Positions 59,644-64,000 of a DNA stretch of 64,000 bases are shown piece by piece (position 1 is the stretch's first letter; every line of letters begins with the position of its first letter). Made by a program: the position numbers and the translations under genes. The notes beneath the pieces were generated by a model. That model was not told where the DNA came from. It made no database searches and saw only the letters and a list, made by a program, of their open reading frames with translations. This stretch comes from Nitrospirota bacterium (lineage in GTDB: Bacteria > Nitrospinota_A > UBA7883 > JACRGQ01): assembly GCA_024275955.1 (NCBI GenBank), contig JAJRYD010000029.1, forward strand, positions 4,500 to 68,499. Reading direction: 5' to 3'.

Positions 59644-61017
59644 ATGCGTATAAGACAGGGTATAGCTTGGGCTAGGCTTCAGGTATCCGAAGCGATGGTA
59701 TTGCTGTTCGTTGGGGTAATATCAGCTGGGACATTGCTTTTGCTTTTGCCTGTTTCCCGCCTAAAGCCTATCTCCTTTGTCGATGCTGTTTTTACGGCGA
59801 CATCCGCGACTTGCGTTACAGGACTTCTTACCATTAACGTCGCTGAAAATTTTACACTTTTCGGGCAGGCGGTAATACTGGTGCTTATACAGTTTGGGGG
59901 GCTTGGCATAATATTCGTCTCAACTATCTTTATGCTTGTGCTTGGAAGGGCTGTTTCGTACCGCGACTCGGCAATGGTTTACAGTAGCTTTAGCACATCG
60001 CACAGTATAAATTTTGAAAAGCTCATTTACTCTATTCTGGTACTCGTATTCGGTTTTGAACTGCTTGGAACCATCCTTCTTACATCGGCATGGTACGGAG
60101 AGTACGGTTTTAAGATAGCTTTTTTTACAGCACTTTTTCATTCGATATCGGCATTTTGCAACGCCGGTATTTCTATTCTTCCAGAAGGGCTTAAAGGTTT
60201 TGACAGCCGTCCATTCGTCGACACCATAGTTATGATGCAAATAGCTTTCGGGGCAACAGGTTTTTTTGTCTTTAGAGAACTTTACGAACGGTTCAAGTAC
60301 CAATCAGTCAAAAGGCGGGTATGGTCGCTTCAGTCTAGGCTTATGATGCTATATACCGCAATCTTTGTTATTGCCGGAACCATCGGTTTTTTGTTTTTTG
60401 AATACCACAACACTCTTTCCCAGATGCCTTTTGGGCAGAAAATAATGAATTCCCTTTTTCATTCTATATCCGGGCGCACTGCCGGTTTTTCCAATCTTGA
60501 TGTCGGCGAGTTTAACCCGACTACTCTTTATATGTTTATCATATTCATGTTCATAGGCGGCGCTCCCGGGTCGGTCGCCGGCGGAATAAAAATAACTACG
60601 TTCGCTGTGTTAATCGGTCTTGCGGTTTCCCGCTATAAGGGCAACGAGCATGTTAATATTTTTAACCACACTATACCGGAGACGATAGTTTCAAGGTCTA
60701 TCTCCATTGTGTTCATATCATTCGCGGTTGTGACGGTGTTCCTGTTTCTTCTGCTTATAACGGAAGGGAGTAACCCTGCCTTTAGTAGCGGCAGGCATGG
60801 AGCGTTTCTTGATATTCTTTTTGAAACGGTGTCGGCCAACGGAACGGTAGGATTAAGCACCGGCATAACTTCGTCGCTTTCCGTTACCGGGAAATGGCTT
60901 GTAATACTTCTTATGCTTATAGGCAGGCTGGGGCCGCTTACAGTAGCTATGGCAGTTGGAAGCAGAAGGAGAACAGCAAGGTATAAGTTGTCGGAAGAAA
61001 GCGTTATGGTAGGATAA
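59644..61017 (+). CDS. trkH: TrkH/KtrB-family potassium transporter membrane subunit
   Basis: Several selectivity-filter-like glycine motifs are present (TGLLT, GGLGI, NAGIS, GGAPGS, TVGLST) within repeated M1-P-M2 units. Confidence 0.85.
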   Translation: MRIRQGIAWARLQVSEAMVLLFVGVISAGTLLLLLPVSRLKPISFVDAVFTATSATCVTGLLTINVAENFTLFGQAVILVLIQFGGLGIIFVSTIFMLVLGRAVSYRDSAMVYSSFSTSHSINFEKLIYSILVLVFGFELLGTILLTSAWYGEYGFKIAFFTALFHSISAFCNAGISILPEGLKGFDSRPFVDTIVMMQIAFGATGFFVFRELYERFKYQSVKRRVWSLQSRLMMLYTAIFVIAGTIGFLFFEYHNTLSQMPFGQKIMNSLFHSISGRTAGFSNLDVGEFNPTTLYMFIIFMFIGGAPGSVAGGIKITTFAVLIGLAVSRYKGNEHVNIFNHTIPETIVSRSISIVFISFAVVTVFLFLLLITEGSNPAFSSGRHGAFLDILFETVSANGTVGLSTGITSSLSVTGKWLVILLMLIGRLGPLTVAMAVGSRRRTARYKLSEESVMVG

Positions 61018-61118
61018 CGTCTTTCGGTTGATGGTTCCTATCTATTTGAAAATAGTATAGTTAAAATTTCGTATTTTCGTCAATTTTCGGTTTGCCACAC
61101 ACGCAATTTTTTCTATGG

Positions 61119-62372
61119 TTATTTCGCCCGTTTTTGGCGCATATTCAATATCGTGGTTTTCCGGGCCACGTCTATTTCTGGGGCATATACACTATCGATC
61201 ATTCCCTTCGTGTTCCCCAATATGGAGGCGGTATCGGATGAGCTCACCCCTGCATTTTTTAGCTGCTGTGCCATTGAGTGACGGACAAAAACATTAAGCG
61301 TTACTGTTGGATAACCGGCTTTAGTTGCCGCATCTTTGTATATTGCCCCTAGGATTGGGTGGGTGTATGGAGTCCGTTCCCCTTTTTTACAGTGCTTGGT
61401 AGTTCTTTTGGCCTTGTACTGGAAGATGTAGCTAGAAGGGCCAGCATTGGGGATGAGTGTCATTGAATCTCGTACTGCCTTCATCACCTTTGCAGATAAA
61501 GGGAACTCTAACCCCGCTTTGTCCTGGTCTTTCGGGAAATCTTTATAGCTCTCAATGCCGCTGGTGTTGAAGGCTCCGCTCAATATGTGTACCTGCTGTT
61601 TAAAATTAACGTCCTTAATCTTCACCGCTCTAGCTTCGTTCATTCGTCGACTTGTACCTTCTAGGAAGATAAAAATATGTATATCTTCTTCGGGGATGTG
61701 ATGCAATATCTCTGCTTGCTGATCCCCGTTTAAACCTTTTTTTCTTTTCTTCTGGACTCTCACTGAAGGCTTGGGTACAGGGGCCACGATATCGCCTCTT
61801 TTGTATGCCCAGTTAAGCACCTGCATAAGGTTGTCAATAATCTTCTTTTTAAAAGAATCTTTAAAATACTCCTGCTTACTGTGCTTTTTTCGCAACGTGC
61901 CTAGATGTTCTTTGAAATCTTCAAGAAGGGGGTAGCTTATATCCGCAACATCATATTTATCTAAAAACGAAAGATATGTATTTATCGTAGCTTCCTTATG
62001 CTGGTAACTGCCGATAGACAGCCAGCCATCAGAACCGGGCTTCAATTCCGTTCTGGCCTTCATCTTTTCTAAATAGAAAATCTTGTAGTTTACAAACTTG
62101 TACTTATTTCGCTGGCCACTTTCCCATTTCTTGGGATTAAAGGAGCCATCACTGATTTGAGACACAAGCAATTGTTTCTCGGACACCGCTTTTAAAAGAG
62201 ATAGCGTATCTCCATCACGGTCGTGGTATCTCTCTATAGACACCTTTTCGCGTCTCCACCGCCCCCGAATACGAATATAGACCTTGTTGGGGATTGTAAA
62301 GATGGTCGAGACGAATTTTAAAAAGAAGACTCTGATTATCACGCTCTTTTGCCTGCATAAAATCACTCGCAT
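61119..62372 (-). CDS. Tyrosine-type site-specific recombinase/integrase (phage integrase family); start uncertain
   Basis: The C-terminal catalytic region includes ..R..., H.LRHS.A..L and a terminal Tyr (VRHSMAQQLKNAGVS...SVYAPE). The N-terminus has a SAM-like domain. No adjacent tRNA is visible. Confidence 0.75.
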   Translation of the reverse strand: MRVILCRQKSVIIRVFFLKFVSTIFTIPNKVYIRIRGRWRREKVSIERYHDRDGDTLSLLKAVSEKQLLVSQISDGSFNPKKWESGQRNKYKFVNYKIFYLEKMKARTELKPGSDGWLSIGSYQHKEATINTYLSFLDKYDVADISYPLLEDFKEHLGTLRKKHSKQEYFKDSFKKKIIDNLMQVLNWAYKRGDIVAPVPKPSVRVQKKRKKGLNGDQQAEILHHIPEEDIHIFIFLEGTSRRMNEARAVKIKDVNFKQQVHILSGAFNTSGIESYKDFPKDQDKAGLEFPLSAKVMKAVRDSMTLIPNAGPSSYIFQYKAKRTTKHCKKGERTPYTHPILGAIYKDAATKAGYPTVTLNVFVRHSMAQQLKNAGVSSSDTASILGNTKGMIDSVYAPEIDVARKTTILNMRQKRAK

Positions 62373-62653
62373 TTTTTGGGAAGTTCTGTGGAGGCAAGTA
62401 CAAGCCCCAGCTTTTTAAGGTGAATCGCTCATTCCTTGCAATTATAACAGGCTGAATTCACACTTTAAATCAATACCTATAGGGGTAATAGAGCTTTTCA
62501 GGGACGACTAGTTAAGCTACCAGATTTCTAGGCTGTCCAAAAGCTGTGGGCATTTCTCGGCATTAGATATTTCGCGACACTTGGGCTTACCGCAGGCGGC
62601 AACTGCGCGTCGGCTAGAAGCATATTTTCTGCCAGTGAGGGCTGTTGTGGTTG

Positions 62654-63997
62654 TTAAGCGTGGGTGAGGCGGAGCAGTTCTTCCAGTGTGGTCTCTCCCT
62701 TTATCAGCAGTTTGGCGGCGTTTTGCTGAAGGGTTGTCATTCCCGCCTTTATAGCTTTTGCTCTTATCGTTTCTTCTTCTGTTTTGCCGTCTATAAGCGC
62801 TCGGATGTTGTCAGTCATCTCTAGCAGTTCGTGTATGCCTGTTCTGCCGTAGTAGCCGGTTTTCCGGCATTTTTCACAGCCTGTTCCCTTAAAGAATTTT
62901 AGACCGCTGTCGCTTTTAATGCCGACAGCTGTTAACGCCTCTTCCGGGTAGTTCGCTGGTTTTTTGCAATCATTGCAGACAACCCGTATAAGCCGTTGCG
63001 ACAAGATGCCGTTTAACGCTGTTTTCATAAGAAACGGGTCTATGCCTAAATCGTACAGCCTAGTGAGTGACGAGACGGTGTCGTTCGTATGCAGGGTTGA
63101 TATTACCATATGTCCGGTTAGCGCCGCCTGCACCGCGTTCTCTGCTGTTTCGGGGTCGCGTATTTCGCCTATCATTATTATGTCTGGGTCTTGTCTTAGT
63201 ATAGCCCTTAGGGCATGAGCGAATGTAAGCTCTATCGACGGCTGTACGCCGAGCTGATTAAACTCCGGCACTACCATCTCTATAGGGTCTTCTATCGTTA
63301 CGATATTTTTTTCTGCTGAGCTTAGGAACTTGAGCGAGGAGTATAGCGTGCTGGTTTTGCCGGAACCTGTAGGGCCTGTTACCAGCACTACCCCGTACGG
63401 TTTTTTAAGAAGCGTTTTATAACGGCTAAGCTCACGCGCGGGGAAGCCGAGCGAATCGAGGTCGCGGTATGCCATTTCGTAATCGAAGATACGCACCACC
63501 ACCTTTTCGCCGAACGCGACAGGGAGAACCGATACGCGCATCTCCACCTCTTTTTCGTTGTGGCTTATTTTAATTCTTCCATCCTGCGGGCGGCGCTTTT
63601 CGGAGATGTCCATTCTGGCGAGCAGTTTAATTCTCGATACGATAGCGGAGTGTACAGCTTTTGGGAACCTGTATGTGTCGATAAGCATTCCATCTATACG
63701 GTTGCGCACTATTGTTTCGCCTCTTTTTGGTTCTATATGTATATCGCTGGAGCGGATGTTAAGCGCGTCGCGGAAAAGCGAGTCGACCGCGTTTTGAATA
63801 TGCTTGTCGGTGGAAGATACTTCCGCCTCGGATCTTATGTGGGCCAGCTGTTCAAGGTTGCCGAGGTCTACCGAAAGGCCGGTTACGTCGTCTTCCGCCT
63901 GTTGCATCGTTTTGCTGAACGAGAAGAACTGGTTTATTATTTTCTCTATGTCGGTTCTAGTGGAGATGACGAGGTCTATCTTCATTCCTGAAACCAT
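62654..63997 (-). CDS. GspE/PilB-family secretion/pilus assembly ATPase (type II secretion or type IV pilus)
   Basis: It has a Walker A (LVTGPTGSGKTST), Asp-box and His-box motifs, and a tetracysteine Zn motif (CNDCKK...CEKCRKTGY). The N-terminus lies at the window edge and may be truncated. Confidence 0.8.
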   Translation of the reverse strand: MVSGMKIDLVISTRTDIEKIINQFFSFSKTMQQAEDDVTGLSVDLGNLEQLAHIRSEAEVSSTDKHIQNAVDSLFRDALNIRSSDIHIEPKRGETIVRNRIDGMLIDTYRFPKAVHSAIVSRIKLLARMDISEKRRPQDGRIKISHNEKEVEMRVSVLPVAFGEKVVVRIFDYEMAYRDLDSLGFPARELSRYKTLLKKPYGVVLVTGPTGSGKTSTLYSSLKFLSSAEKNIVTIEDPIEMVVPEFNQLGVQPSIELTFAHALRAILRQDPDIIMIGEIRDPETAENAVQAALTGHMVISTLHTNDTVSSLTRLYDLGIDPFLMKTALNGILSQRLIRVVCNDCKKPANYPEEALTAVGIKSDSGLKFFKGTGCEKCRKTGYYGRTGIHELLEMTDNIRALIDGKTEEETIRAKAIKAGMTTLQQNAAKLLIKGETTLEELLRLTHA

Positions 63998-64000
63998 TTT

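Noticed and set aside
1-64000. Alternative genetic code (TAA as a sense codon) as the explanation for the in-frame TAAs in cheA1 and the coiled-coil gene
   Set aside because: TAA terminates several genes exactly where homologues end (coaD at 34484-34486, the DUF59 gene at 39858-39860, the HEAT-cyclase gene at 1449-1451). A global reassignment is therefore unlikely. A local nonsense mutation, an assembly error or context-dependent read-through remain possible.
1-64000. CRISPR arrays, rRNA genes, or large tandem repeats
   Set aside because: No regularly spaced direct repeats or rRNA-like conserved stretches were seen anywhere in the window.

Overview
The window looks like a chromosomal segment of a Gram-negative bacterium (Lgt and BamD are present) with roughly mid-range G+C. 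Its taxonomic placement cannot be determined from this window.

Most of it is core metabolism and housekeeping: an ilvB-ilvN-ilvC operon followed by psd-pssA, citrate synthase, DAHP synthase, a split transketolase, coaD, an aspartate aminotransferase, valS, thyX, lgt, PcrA/UvrD and DinG helicases, rluD and trkH.

The rest is unusually rich in signalling and motility genes:
- a HEAT-repeat nucleotidyl cyclase followed by a cNMP-binding protein and a multihaem cytochrome c;
- a solitary cheR;
- a CBS-PAS-GGDEF diguanylate cyclase;
- an HDOD protein;
- a response-regulator-PP2C phosphatase;
- a roughly 10 kb double chemotaxis cluster (cheA1-cheW-cheR, then cheA2, an Hpt-CheW hybrid, cheB, and a REC protein with a long acidic tail).

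The main things worth a second look are:
- a 1126-aa ParA/MinD-like P-loop protein fused to about 850 aa of coiled coil, with its reading frame continuing past an in-frame TAA into a second coiled-coil ORF;
- an unannotated 53-aa FlgM-like gene, read divergently from that giant gene;
- two in-frame TAA stops, one in cheA1 and one at the end of the giant gene;
- a roughly 130-nt conserved element, closed by a 9-10 bp stem, present in two large intergenic regions about 55 kb apart;
- tandem paralogues made only of MshEN/GspE-N-like repeats;
- a radC-hicB-hicA-unknown mini-island;
- a single-gene candidate PD-(D/E)xK nuclease that looks AT-richer than its flanks;
- an orphan tyrosine integrase next to a GspE/PilB ATPase.

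I saw no rRNA, convincing tRNA or CRISPR array.
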